Shown: positions 1 through 13,046 of the stretch, piece by piece
Layout of the letters: every line of letters starts with the position of its first letter
Position numbering within the stretch: the first letter of the stretch is position 1
Source: Rhodosorus marinus CCMP1338
Lineage: Eukaryota; Plantae; Rhodophyta
Direction of reading: 5' to 3'
Assembly: GCA_029953675.1 (NCBI GenBank)
Contig: JAMWBK010000002.1
Coordinates: forward strand, 2,170,001 to 2,234,000
Length of the DNA stretch: 64,000 nt
Program-made: the position numbers and the translations under genes
The notes under the pieces: model-generated
The model's database searches: none
What the model was told of the DNA's origin: nothing
The model's input: only the letters and a program-made list of their open reading frames with translations

Positions 1-2247
1 TAGCTGTGGCGCAGAAAAGCTTCCAGCGCTTGTTTGAGGGAGATTCAAACTTGCACAGAGAGATACACGTGTTGTTGCTCGGGGCACTAAAGGACATTTG
101 CCCGAGGTTGTCGAAGGACTTTGTCACTTGGCTGGCATATTCGGATGAACCACGCAAGTACGACCGGGAGTGCGCGCTAGCGCTGATGAAGCCGAAGAAC
201 TTGCTTAGCATGCCGGACTATGACTCAAGTTTGGCAGGGGCAATTGAGAGTGGTAGGGACGCACTAGCTCTAGACTTCGCCTCATACCTTGTGCGTCGGT
301 GCATGATCGAGGAGGCGTTATTGACACCGCCGGATTTGACAAGCACTCTTGACGCTCTGCAGAAGGCTGGCTCCAGACCTGATCCGCCGATGACGTCATC
401 CGCCCCCGAGGGCTTGGCGGCGCTTGTGGACACCGCTCGGAGGCAAGGAATCAAGCCCGTGTTGGTGATTTCGCAAGTTCCGAGTGAGTCGTGGGAACAG
501 TTCATGACCGTCCTGGATGAGTGGAACGTGTAAGAACTCAGCGCAAACTTTACCCAAACAATCAACTTTTAATCGATTACTAATCTAAGATTTTGTTCGT
601 GCTCTCGCTGCCCTCGTTCTATTGCTTCAATTCAGGGTTTTCGCAAAAGGTGTCACAACGGATCATAGCAACAGGAGTGCCTTCCTGCAACTCAGGCTGG
701 GAAAGCTCCTCGAGTCTTCTGAAGGAAAGGAAAAGTTCTATCGCCTAGGAATGGATATTGCGATGGAGAACGTGGCTCGGCAGTTGAGCATCAGAGACAT
801 GGACGAAGGAGCAGAGTCCAGGTCGGCATCCGCTTACTCCAGCGTTGACTCGTTCTGCCAGCTTGTCTCGACGCTGGTAATGATGGGCGGCAACGGTTCT
901 GCAGCGCTGGATCTGGTCCTCAGCGAGCTCTGCGAGAAGCTGAAAGCAGCGCACTCGACGTCTGCGACTGTTGATACGAGGCCATATTTTCGGTTCTTCA
1001 ACAACTTAATGGTTGAGTTTTGCGGGACCGGGACGAGCTCGAATGAGTTGCGGAACGCAGAAGGCACCGAGGTATCCGTGAGAATTATTTTCGCGCTAGC
1101 TCTTGGGTCTGTCAAACCTCAGGTGCTGCCCGAGTTTGCCTTCGCCTGGTTGGAGCTTATTTCCAGCAAAGAATTCATGCCGAAGATTCTTGAGTCGAAG
1201 GAGGCCATGTGGTCGATTTTCGAGGGGTTACTCGTGGACTTGCTGAGCTTTTTAAATCCTTACCTGAGGGGAACAACGCTGACGGACAGTATCAGAAGCC
1301 TGTATGAAGGCACTCTTCGCATGATGCTCGTGCTGATCCACGATTTTCCTGAGTTTTTATGCTCGTACTACCTGAGTTTCTGCGACGTGATTCCTTCGAA
1401 CTGTATCCAGTTGAGGAACTTGATCCTGTCCGCAGTTCCACGGTCAATGCGGCTTTCCGACCCGTTTACTCACGGTCTGAAATTGGACAAACTACCGGAA
1501 ATGTTGATCCCTCCGAACGTGCTCTCAGATTACACGGCCGCGCTAAATAAGAGCAACCTGAAGAATTCTCTGGACCAGTATCTGGATATGAGAGCTCCTC
1601 CGTCGGTAAGTAGAGGATCTACAATTGCTTGAGTTTGAGGAAATGGTGGTTGGCACAATCTAACAGGTTTGCATATTTTTGGTGTTCTCTGATCGATTCT
1701 ACAGATCCTATTGGACATACGTAATCGGTTGCAGCTTCCTGCAAGTGAAGTATCAGGTGCGGGGACGAAGTACAACATTCCGGCTATCAATGCGCTGGTA
1801 TTCTATGTTGGACAACTTGCTGTGGGTCGGCCGATCGAGGGTACACCACATACAGAGTTGTTGCAGCACCTTGTAACTGACCTTGATTCGGAGGGCCGGT
1901 ATTATGTCTTGAACGCCGTTGCAAACCAGTTGAGGTTTCCAAACTACCATACGCACTACTTCAACAGGGTGCTACTGTATCTGTTCGCCGAGGCGAAGCA
2001 GGACATAGTGCAGGAACAGCTCACGAGAGTTCTTGTGGAGAGGTGCTTGGCGAATTTTCCACATCCGTGGGGACTTTTGCTCACTTTCATTGAGCTGATT
2101 AAGAACCCGAGGTTCAACTTTTGGAACCACTCCTTTGTCCGCTGTGCTCCAGAAATCGAGCGACTTTTCAAGAACGTTGCGAAGAGCTGTATTGGGAATA
2201 TGAACGCATCTCCCCATGACGAAACAGGCGTTTCTGCCTTTGGCTAA
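1..2247 (+). CDS. CNOT1: CCR4-NOT scaffold subunit NOT1, C-terminal part (5' end outside window); introns 530-635 and 1606-1704
   Basis: ORFs 6-533, 622-1632 and 1711-2247 join in frame through GTAAG...CAG introns. They contain Not1 C-terminal motifs FAFAWLELIS, IQLRNLILSA, NQLRFPNYHTHYF and PHPWGLLLTFIELIKNP. Confidence 0.95.
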
Positions 2248-2571
2248 GGAGCCGGCGGGGTTTTTACTCTGCCCTCCGGCCAGTGTAAAAAAAAACGGAA
2301 CGAGAAGAAGAAAATCGAGTAACTACAGCAATGATGTCAGTGTAGATATATAGAAGGAAACAATTGAAACAATTATTGTGAGTGCATGTAAAGGCAAAGG
2401 TTTTAGATTAGTGTGGCTCGAGTCTGTCCAATTTTTTTGACGACTTGGCAAACGAACGAAAAACAGAAAGAAAACGTTTGATGGGTTTCTTTCCTATACT
2501 CCGTTGCTTCTTTTTGTACACTGTTATGATCTTGTACAATACTCTCTCTTGACTCTACGGCTTGTTCAAAA

Positions 2572-3943
2572 TCATGAGGAGCTCATTCGTAAGTGGCGCA
2601 GTTCCTGGAAAACCTGCTTCACCAGCTCGTAGCATCCCATCATTATTGCACAACTCGGGGCCACTTTGGCAAGGCGCGGTCCCGCACCGGTCATCAGGCT
2701 GAACAAGCCTTCCTCCCTCGCCACGAGTCTTAGCGAAGCTGCGGATTGGGGGACAGAAAAAAGATTCCTCTAAGAATCTAGAAAAGATCTCACGATGATC
2801 CGAGGATTCGGTGGCTCCCGATCAAGGACTGAAGCTGTGCTGTTTTGGACTTTTCTTGTAGTTCTTACCCAGGAAGGTTCTGTCCGCAAATTTAGATTCA
2901 GCTGCTGACAACTGGATCGCTTGTCTTCTTGTTTTGATCACGTCTGCGGGGGTTGTTACCAAGGCCGCAACACTTCCAGCGCCGGTGCCGGCGAGCAAGG
3001 AAACAACGATCGGAGAACTGGTCAACCGGCAAAGCAAACCTGGGCGAAGAATCGTCAACCACAGAGAAGGCGAGTCAGTGAGTACAACCCTGTCATCTAT
3101 CGTTGGCGTTAAAGCTCTTTCATCACCATCCTCCCGCTTCAACTGTTCATACGAGGTCCAATAGATAGCGGAGAACGGTGCGTCCCTCCACAGGGTAGGT
3201 AACAATCCAGCCCAAAGGCTGCGTATCCCCCTGTCCCTTACTAGATTCGCCAAGACTTGCAGGACTGTTCTGTTCCCTTCCATTCCGCTCTGGATTCTTG
3301 TTCTCGCGAGCTCTAATGGTCCGAAAACCGTCGTCGTCATCATCCTCGCGCTTGCGCCTTGTTTGGTTAAACGTTAGACAGAAACAGACGAACGGAATAA
3401 GCAACCATACAGTGATGGCTTGTACTTCTCATCCGTTCACACTAAAATTGTAATTCATTGTTTGGTTTACCCGCAATGAGAGTCGCTTGAGTATGTTCAA
3501 GAGACATTCCGCTCCTCAAAAACTTGGAAAACCCGTCATAAACTGTAAAATACACCGCCGTTGATGGGACCACAATAGTTAAAGTAACGTTGAAACCTCT
3601 CCATAGAGCCCTAGTTCCATCCATCCGCCAAATCTTTCTCATCCCGTCCTAGTGTATCCAAGAAGAACTTTCAGCGAAGGTGTATCGAGAGCAAAACAGC
3701 GCTGTGCACGAGTCCACCCCGCCTGAGGTTGAGAAAGGAGCTCGTTACCAGAGGACCACCGAAATGAGCCTGATTCACACAAACGCCAGCATCGCACACG
3801 TGGGACTGCATTCTGGTCTTGACCACATCTAGAGGAGTCGCAACGAGAGCAGTGCATGAAGCACCTACGCTCGCTGCAAAAGCCGTTTCGAACAGATTGC
3901 TTGTCAACATCCCTGTTGCGATGCCATTTTCAGTCGAGTCCAT
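2572..3943 (-). CDS. SLC25A40: Mitochondrial carrier, SLC25A39/40 (Mtm1)-type; 4 exons
   Basis: Three carrier signatures (TPLDVVKTR, GPLELARTR, TPADVIKTR). The last exon, not in the ORF track, reads ...EEGLFSLMTGAGPRLAKVAPSCAIMMGCYELVK...TGA(2572). GT-AG introns join the frames. Confidence 0.85.
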
Positions 3944-6900
3944 CGATTACACATTGCTTCCCCTTCTTCAATGGGTCCGTATAAAGAAAAAAACAATGCA
4001 GCACTTTTGAAACACAGTGATGAATGCACGCTTGCATCCAACAGCTTCCCTTTGCCCCGCCACTCCCTCATTAGCCAGCACTTTGGAGGAGCTTTGTGTC
4101 CCGCTTAACTGAATGGCGTTTTCATCAACGGGCGGACGAATTTCTGGGAAAGTCAGTCGTCTCTCTGACGGATCCCTCTCGGACCGGAGTAGGCGTTGAT
4201 ATACTATTGAACGAGAACCAGACGTTTAGAATACTCGTAGTCGCATGCCGAACTGAGAAACAGCTCAAATGATAGCCTGAGACCGATGCCTGGTGAAAAC
4301 TGGAATCGCCTTGTCTGTACCAAACCCGCTGCGTTAAAAGCAGTTGGGGGGACCGCAGCCTTGTGCCACTTGGGGTGTTTCGTTTCTGAATATCTTCTAC
4401 CCTGAATTATGGACTTCAGACTGCCCCTTCCTGCTAACAGGCTAAATGCTTCTATCTACCACAAGCTATTTCAGTTAGTCCTTGCCACCCTCCCTGCGTG
4501 CTGCTCATTCGCTGGAAGGACATGATGGACGGACCAACAAAGACTGCTCGACACAAACCAGCACGCTGCATTCATGCAAATCCATTCTATCAACATGGCA
4601 CCAACCTCCCGCCCATCACTTCGCTAGTAAACCGCGTTAGAAAACGCTCCGCAAACACTCCCCAACCTGAATTTCAAAAGCTTCCACAGCCAGCGCACAT
4701 CAATGGACTGATCAAATTCGAGCGATGCTGATTTGAAGACAATCTGTCCATCACCCTGGGCCGCTTACAGCCCTCGTACCAGACTGGTAAACAAAGTTGT
4801 TACTGTGGCATCCTAAGGCCCTTTTAACTCCCTAACCGCAACATCAAAATCTTCCTTTCACACCGCGCTCAGCACAAGAAAATGACAGGATCCAGAAGAA
4901 ACAAAAAAAAAAAAACTCTCATCGTGCTCCCCTCCTCCACCCAATCCTAAAGTCGCCCCTGCCATAGCACGCAAACCGACACGAAGAATGAAATTCTTGT
5001 GGCCCTTGAGCAATTGCATCAATTTTTCTTCTTAAATTCAAAATAAAGGCATGGAAAGGACAGGTGTCCGTAGAGTGTTTTCGTTGGACAACTGTTGGGG
5101 GCTGTGTGGATCTGGGTAGCTTCCCGTCGATCTGGAGTCATGAGTAAGTGCGGCGTTTTAAACACGCCCTTGGGCTTTCGGGTTTGAAGAACGCACCTGG
5201 GGGTTTTTATCCGAAACATTACCGTCGACGATCGTCACAGACATATTGGACGATTTTCTCAATCGGTGTGTGGAGCTTGGAACTTTTTGTCAACTACAGA
5301 CTGGTGCGATAGAGGGAGCTAAAACAAGGAGAAAAGCTGCCCCCTCGACGGGATGATGAACATGAAAAATGCGATGTGCAGCCGATGTGAACCGCGTGCC
5401 ATCGCGCTGGTTCGCCGCCAACTGGGCATTGCCTCGCCTTTGCGCTCAAGATTCTATGTAGCTTTCCCAAAAACATCCGTCGCTGCTTGCCCAAGTCGCC
5501 CAAATTCCTCAACACAAAAGGTGGGCAAGGCTGACATCTTTGTAATCGCGCAGAGCGCCTCGATGATGGGTCCGCTTTCTAGTTTCTGCTCGAACACTCG
5601 CATAACGCGAATATCTAGCGGCGTATGACAGTTCCTGTCGAGCCGGTGGGGACGGGACGTTCGCGTCAATGACATTTTTTTTTGCCAGTGCGGTGAGCGG
5701 ACCGCGATGTCCGACCGCAATCGAATTCTTGTAAAAGGGCTCAGATTCCCCCTAAACATAGCAATGTTCCTTGCGGGGGTGTGCCAGTAGCTCGCCTCGG
5801 AGGCAGTTGCGCCTGAGCGTCCAGATGCCGGAAGACGATCGCAATAGCATTGCCACTTCCCAAGGAAACCAGAGTGGACGGGCAGAAACACAAACGGAGC
5901 GATTTCATTGAGAAATCTGGCCGCCTAACCCAAGTAGCAATTGAATGGAGCATAGTGAATTAACGATCTCTCTTTAGCCTCCTATTTCACGCTTTCCTTC
6001 GAGGCACGCCCAAAAAACCCTTGTATCCGAGACGCTTCAGCACACAAAGCCTCTCTACTCGAGCATCTTCAAACCTGGGACGTGTTCTGCAAATCTTTAG
6101 CACTTCCGTTGTCGATCTGTACTGCCACTGCTGTATGACAGCATCTGTGAGCCTGCCATATCCCTCCAGAGACTCTTCTCGAATGTAGCATGAAAAGTGC
6201 TCGCGGGCTTGGAAAACTGAAAATGGAAAACAAATAGCTTGGACAGGCTGTATAAGGAATACAGCAAAAAAGCTGGTGTCAGCAAGGTACTTCGACTGGC
6301 CCATTGCCAAGGATCTTTCAGCATTCGTGGTAGAGAGGGTTTTGATTGAGGCAATTACAATGAGAACCTGTCCCCAAAGCGATAGAAAACTGGTTGGGGG
6401 TACTGCGGTTGGACTGTGGTTGGATTTTGGCGCTGGAGTTGAGGTCTACTCAACAGTACTGCGAAGGTCGTCTGGGGATAGATGATTGGAACCTGATTCG
6501 AAAGATCTTTTTGCGTTTCTAGGCGTGCAAGTCTTCTCTAAAAACAAGAGTTTTCATCGTTCTCGACGTCAAAAATGAAGCACTACGGCCATAAGATAGG
6601 GGGGACCTTCGAAGCTGGCGCTCCTTGTGCCAATGGTTGCAGGCTATGAACACGCTGATCGCGACAGAGCAGTCGCAGGACAAGCACCCTGCCTCAGTGC
6701 ACACCACACAAGTCGATACGTTTGCCCCGTTGTCTAGCTCAAAAAACAAACAAAAATAACCGCAGCTAGTCCATTCCTGGACGTTTCCCAAACCACCTTT
6801 CCAGCCGAAAAACAGCACGTCCCTACTACAAGCGATCCTGTCGATGACGCTTTATACCGGCAGCCCTAACTAGCTGCACATACAGAAACCCCCTTGCATG

Positions 6901-7912
6901 AGCCTCTAACCTAGCGGTGCAGGCAATCAAAAACAGTCAATCAAGTCGCAGCACTTCGGGCCGAGCGCAACAAACGCAAGCGGTGATTACAGTAAAGCAG
7001 TAGAAAACGAAGAAGAAGAGAAAAAAAAAAAAAAAGGTCCCCTGAAACCAACAATCCCAGTATACACATTGCCCGCCCGGAAAAAAAACAACATACCAAT
7101 AAAAATAAATACAGACAGCCTGTCCAACAAACAATAGCCAATCAAACACAAATATGATGAAATATCAAAAGAAAAAAGAAAAATAACTGATTGCACACCC
7201 AGATGGCACAGTCCGACCAAAAGAAGCTCAATTTTCATCGATGCCAATTCCCAATCGCAAAAAATGCTGTCCTCTTGTGGTTGCGAAATATTGTTACGAA
7301 TATGAATAAATGTATTTAATATTAAATATAAAAATCATCAATATACTTAAAATTTTCCTTTATGTTTTTTGTCTAGAAAATTGATATACCGAAGGTCTTT
7401 TTTTCTTTGATTTAAGATATCATATCTTTTTAAAATGAAACAATAAGGATCTTTAACGGTGTTACTTCTTATTTGGATAGAAAATAATGGGCGCCTGTTT
7501 TTCTTCTAATTTTCAATCTTCGCACACCCGGAATTCGTGAACTTTGTTTGGTTTTTTTTTGTTTTTTTTGTTGTTGATGTGGTGTTGAGCGAGCTTGTGC
7601 TTAACGGGCATTGTTTCTAAGGAAATCATTGTTGGAAGGGGTTTCCTATGAGGGGTGTGCAAACCAGTGTGAATAGGCAAGTAGGCCCTGGTTTGCTTAT
7701 GATGCCTTAAGCCGAGGCGTGCAAACGTCTTTTTTTCTTTGTTGCAGATGAGCCCTAAAGCAGCAGCAGCAGCTGTTACTGGTGAACAAAAAAGTCTGGG
7801 CTCCTAGGATATATATATATAACATAGCGGTCGTTGGGTAATCTGCGGGGTGTGTGTGTGTTGGGGGTAGGGAGACGGTAGAGACTAGCTTTGAATCATT
7901 GGGTGCGCAAAG

Positions 7913-9232
7913 ATGGAGAGCTTTGGTGAGATGAACGAGCTGTTGTGGAGTCGAACATCGCTGATGTCCACTAAGGGCAGACGCGTCACTTCACTTGTTG
8001 GGAGGGAGCATGTGGAGATTGAGCTGAGAAGTGGCTTTGTTGTGGTATCCGGGAAATCCGGAATTCAGGCGGTGCCCGTCAATACGGAGACTCTGATCAT
8101 ATGCGAAGGGAGGAGGATGTTAGCGATCAAGACCTTCGATCGAGTAGTTCGGCTTGTGTTTAACACGATCGAGGAGAAAAGTAGTTGGCTGGAAGCCATC
8201 AAGGAGGAGCAGAAAGCGAGGAACAGGAAGAGCTTGTCGGACTTCAAGGTTATCCGAAAGCTGGGAGAAGGGGGGATGGGACAGGTGTTTCTTGTACAGG
8301 ACGCGGAGACGGGAGAGAGGGCCGCAATGAAGGTCGTAGAGAAGTACTCAGATATAACCTCTACAGCACTTAGGAGAGCTGTCGATGAGCGCTTGCTTCT
8401 AGAGAGCTTCAACTTCCCCTTTGTTGTCGATCTGAAGTACGCGTTTCAGAGCGAACACCACCTATTCATGTTGACGGAATACTGTGAAGGTGGCGACCTG
8501 CATCACTACATGAAGAAGAGAAACTACAAAATCAGCGAACAGACCGTCAAGGATATTCTTGCTGAGCTCGTGCTCGCCCTTGAATACGTCCATCAGAACG
8601 GCGCAATTTATAGAGACCTGAAACCGGAGAATATTCTGCTCGACGGCAAGGGCCATGTGAAATTGGCCGATTTTGGGTTGTCTAAAAAGCTTGCTGGAGG
8701 TCGTGACGGACGAGCCTATTCTCTTTGTGGTACGAGGCACTACATTGCTCCGGAATTGTTCCTACAGAAGGGATACAGACAGAGCGCCGATATTTGGTCT
8801 CTTGGAATCCTCCTGTACGTATTGCTCGAGGGATACGCTCCGTTTGAAATGAATCCTACTGCTACCGCCTTGAAGAAGCAGTTGCTGTCTTTCCGGTCTG
8901 ACGTAAGCATGGAGGCTAGGGATACCGTTTACGCCCTGCTTTCATTCAGCCCAAAGGAAAGACCTAGCATAGAGCAAGTGAAGAAACTACCATTTTTCCG
9001 TGACGTGGACTTCGCATTAGTCAAGCAGAATGCTCAGACGCTGAACGCGAAGCTTTACTCGCAGATGGACATACCCTCGTTCTTGGATGGAGCCGACGAG
9101 GAGGGTAGCGACTTTGCTTCCAAAATTTCCATGATCAGCTCTGAAAGCCAGCCCAAGTTCTTTAGGAAGATCATCTCGAAGAAGTCGACGAAGGATTTGA
9201 TTCCAGGATATTCGTTCTGGTCGTCGTCTTGA
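7913..9232 (+). CDS. Intronless AGC-family Ser/Thr kinase with N-terminal PH-like region
   Basis: GEGGMG loop, AMK, YRDLKPEN, DFG, SLCGT, APE. The N-terminus ends in a PH-type helix (EEKSSWLEAI). The C-terminus has a hydrophobic-motif-like IPGYSF. Confidence 0.9.
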   Translation: MESFGEMNELLWSRTSLMSTKGRRVTSLVGREHVEIELRSGFVVVSGKSGIQAVPVNTETLIICEGRRMLAIKTFDRVVRLVFNTIEEKSSWLEAIKEEQKARNRKSLSDFKVIRKLGEGGMGQVFLVQDAETGERAAMKVVEKYSDITSTALRRAVDERLLLESFNFPFVVDLKYAFQSEHHLFMLTEYCEGGDLHHYMKKRNYKISEQTVKDILAELVLALEYVHQNGAIYRDLKPENILLDGKGHVKLADFGLSKKLAGGRDGRAYSLCGTRHYIAPELFLQKGYRQSADIWSLGILLYVLLEGYAPFEMNPTATALKKQLLSFRSDVSMEARDTVYALLSFSPKERPSIEQVKKLPFFRDVDFALVKQNAQTLNAKLYSQMDIPSFLDGADEEGSDFASKISMISSESQPKFFRKIISKKSTKDLIPGYSFWSSS

Positions 9233-12200
9233 ACTACTATACGCGATCTGAAACAGACGCCACAGTGTAGATATGAAAACCATGGTTATAACCAGTTCAT
9301 AGATTATTCTTAAATATATGTATATTACCGCCGTCAATTGTTTATGTGTTCGGTACATTCTCCTCGATCAAATCCCCCTTTCCGATGCCAATGGCTCCGT
9401 TCAGTCGGAATGAAGGTTTTGAAACGGATCTCAGGTAGTGCATACACGAGACAAAAAGTCGACAGGGGTAGAAACGTTCTCCATTGAGACACACCCGATA
9501 ATGGGATATGGCTATGCACTAATGGCGTGCTCTAGTTCTATGCTAAAGAGACCCCGGCCTGGAGTCTTCTTAGAATAGCCTATTTTGCTTTTCTTGCGTA
9601 TCCCTAGGGCTACATTCGGCAGTTGGAATAACGGACACAGTTCTATGAACGAGCACGGATAGTCTGAATAAACGGATGACGATTTAGACAGTGCTTGCCT
9701 GTAGCAAACCGCTACATCAAACAGCAGGTCAAAATTTTGGTTTCAGGGTACTAATAAGAATCGGCACGAAAGCTGATTGTTCGGGCTGTGTTATGGTTCG
9801 GGCTGTGTTGAATGAATCTGTTTGATTGGAGATTGAAAGAAAAACCCCGGGGAGGGAAAAAAAGACCATTCGCGGCGACGATTGCACGGCTGTGGTAAGG
9901 TTCGGGCTGTGATAAGGCTCAATAAACGAAATATCCTCTTGCCCGACCCGAAACTTTTGATGCCAAGTGACTCCTTTTTCGTGAAAACGTGGATAGTATC
10001 AATAGAATAGTAGGGAGAGATTATACGGTCTACGTTGATCTCAACCCCCCCCTCCCGGACCAAGCTCAGAACCACGTTGCTGTCCGTGAAGAAAAACACT
10101 TGGGTCACACACTCCAGCAAAAAAAAGCAATGCATTTTCTAGAGAAAAATCCACACTCTTGATCCGGCCGTGCCAAACGGACCATGAAAGCCAATACGGG
10201 AGGACTCAGGCACTTTTCGGGAAGGAGTGAGTATCCATCAAAAGAGATCACAAACGAGCTTAAACCCTCAAATTTCGGTGCGGAATGGAGCGCGCTCTCC
10301 TGTGGGGCGGGAAGCAAACGAACAGAAGGATCTGGGAAGATTCAAGAGGAAAATCAATCTCGCTGGAATCGAAAGGATTCCCATGAATCGAAAACCCATC
10401 TGAGAGCCCAAAACGCGGGACATCATCCGCTGCCCCGCTCCCTTTCCTGAAGTACTTGAACAGCTGTGAGGGACACTTGCGCTCGAACAGAGAAACTAAT
10501 TGCTGACGCGTTTCGTCGGGATTTGCGTACCAAATTCTATTTTTGTATCCGATTTCCCACTCCAATTCTGTTTCCTCACAATCAAAGATCATCAACGCGA
10601 GTTGTACCTGGAAACAGGCTCCGTCCTAAACGGATCGTTGTCGCTTCTAAAAATACACGTTTTAGCATCTCCTGCGTAAGCCCAAAAATGAAAAAAATAT
10701 TCGCCCCTTCTCTCCGAGTCCCGAGTCTCCGGACTATAGAGCAACCAACGGTCGACCTGAAAAGTTTTTACTAAGATATGATTATCGAAGGCTTTTTTTC
10801 GGACTGTGCAAGAGAGCTAATTGTTTTCAATCTCTTTCTGAAAAGATTTGGAGATAATTTTAACTATTCGATTTATATGGCCCGATGGGGTTTCATTGTT
10901 TTTCCAGGATGTGCAACTTACTCATGGATGTTGCAAATTAAGCAAACTCAAATCGGCCACGCAAACTGTCTATCGACAGCCACGATTTCTCTCCTTTGCA
11001 AATCAGTGAGGAGAAAAAAGCCCAAACTCAAAAGGCTAGCGAATTAGAAAGTGCGCCCCAGCTTTTTTTCAGATCTCACAGAGACAGACAGGGTCGTAGG
11101 GCTCACTTGAGGAGGCTACTTAAGACAGGTTTTGTATGGATTCCCAATCCCAACCCACAAATTGTTCATTATTTCTCATTTCCAGAAATCCTTGGGCGCA
11201 AATCTTCTTTCATTGGCTAGTTTCAGAGTATGGATACTTGTGAGTGGTCAACGGATAGTCATTGATATGATATAGTTTCAGCGTTCAATATTACAATGGA
11301 ATTTCTTTCGATAAAATTCATATAAACTACAGTTTTTTAATTCCGGCACGGGGAGCGGAACATTCTGCCGGCCAGGGCGAGGGTTGCCTGAATTGAATTG
11401 AATTGCTACGTTGCTTAGTTCCGGCCTGTCGGAGCGCGAAATTCTCGGCCAGGAAACAATGAGGATTCATTTTCTTGTTAAATATTGGTATCGAAATTTC
11501 ATCGAAATACTGAGCAAGGGTGGAGGGGAAGAAGCAGCCAAGATATTAATTTTACTTTATTCTATGGGTTGTGCCAAGTGTCATACAGAGGCTTGAAAAG
11601 TGCTCCTTGCCAGAAAGAACAGCCCGCATCCAACAGATCTCGCCAGCCGTCTACCTAGAATTCTCGCATTTGGATATTTTTGGGCGTACATTCGAAGAAT
11701 TTCCGTATTTCAAGAATATTATAGACCCTCTTCATAATATTGAATGCATTGGGGAGGTGACCGCAGATCTGCGACTCTCGACGGTACGGGTTTGAGGGGT
11801 AGAGCCCAAGTTTATTTTGTGCTATACAATAAAAAAAACCGGTGTGGAAAGAAACTATTGGATGTTTTAATATACGTTGGTAACGTGCATTCCACCCCCC
11901 TAGACCTGGCCTCCGTCTCGGTTTCCGGAGAGATTAACGATTTTATTTCCACCGTAGGAGACCGCCTTAGCACATCCTGACATCCATGACATCATGAGAA
12001 TGGGGCTGGCAACACTCAGCCCGAACAAGGGGATGCTGTCCAATGGATCCGCACATTTCATAATTACATTAAAATACAAAGAATACTATTCTATCCTAGT
12101 ACAGTAACAAATCACAACACACAAAGTCAATTCTCTATTGGTCCAACCAAGTAGTTTTCCTTGAATATACAGCGCCCGCACGAAACTTATCTGGAGAGTT

Positions 12201-13046
12201 CTAGCTCGATCGTCTACGAAAGAACATATGAAAAAGGTAAGACTGTTTTTCGGAAGGACTCCAGACTACTTGCGACAGCACAGCTTCTCTCGATAATGCC
12301 CACCCTCGTTCCAACCCCCCCCCGGCCATGAAATTTAATCGCTCATCGCAGACTTATATTATCAACTAAAAGTATTTTGTTTATAGGTTTAGTTGGTCGG
12401 ACCAACATGTAAGTTAGACTTAAAACACCCCCGCGGGCACACCCTTTTCTTGATGCCGGTAGTTACTTCCACACGCTGTGTATTGTGAGACAGCTGAGTT
12501 GCGAACTTAGTTTTCGGGGGGTGCAAGTCTCGGGGTTCTTCTGGAGCATTACTATTATTTTGTATGAAAAAAGGATGATTACTGATGACAGGGGATCCAA
12601 TTTGGTCAGTGAGCCCTGTCTTTAGGGAACGTGGAGTTCGTCTTGGTTGGTCTATTTCTTTACGTATGGGCCCATTGGAAAACATAAACCTTTGTTTCAA
12701 AGGTTTTTGTTTTTGTTTTTGTTTTTTTCCGGATGTGCGAAGCTGATTCAGATTTGCACATCGTTGCAAAAATATTATGGTTTCTTTAAAATTTGCAAGC
12801 TGGTTGGATAAGGATGAATCCAATTATTTTGTGGTGCTTTTTTCTCTTGTTCGTAGAAGAGCTTTGTACGTTCCGCGCTGCATTGGGACGGTATTCTGTT
12901 ACGATAGGAATTGAAATGCTGGAATATGGCGGGTGTATATATATGTATGTAATAGCAGATGGCATACAAAATGGAGAGCTCTCGTGTAGGGGAGGAGGTG
13001 TGTGTATAACTGTGTAGAGAGCGTGCGCTGAATTTATCTAGGGAAG

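Noticed and set aside
5400-5620. MULE transposase DDE fragment (...EEFGRLGQAATDVFGKAT)
   Set aside because: Resemblance is too weak, the CxxH motif is missing, and it would lie on the wrong side of the SWIM-like motif.
7748-7807. 19-codon uORF before the first AGC kinase
   Set aside because: It lies upstream of the TATA-like (TA)n run, so it is probably not in the mRNA.
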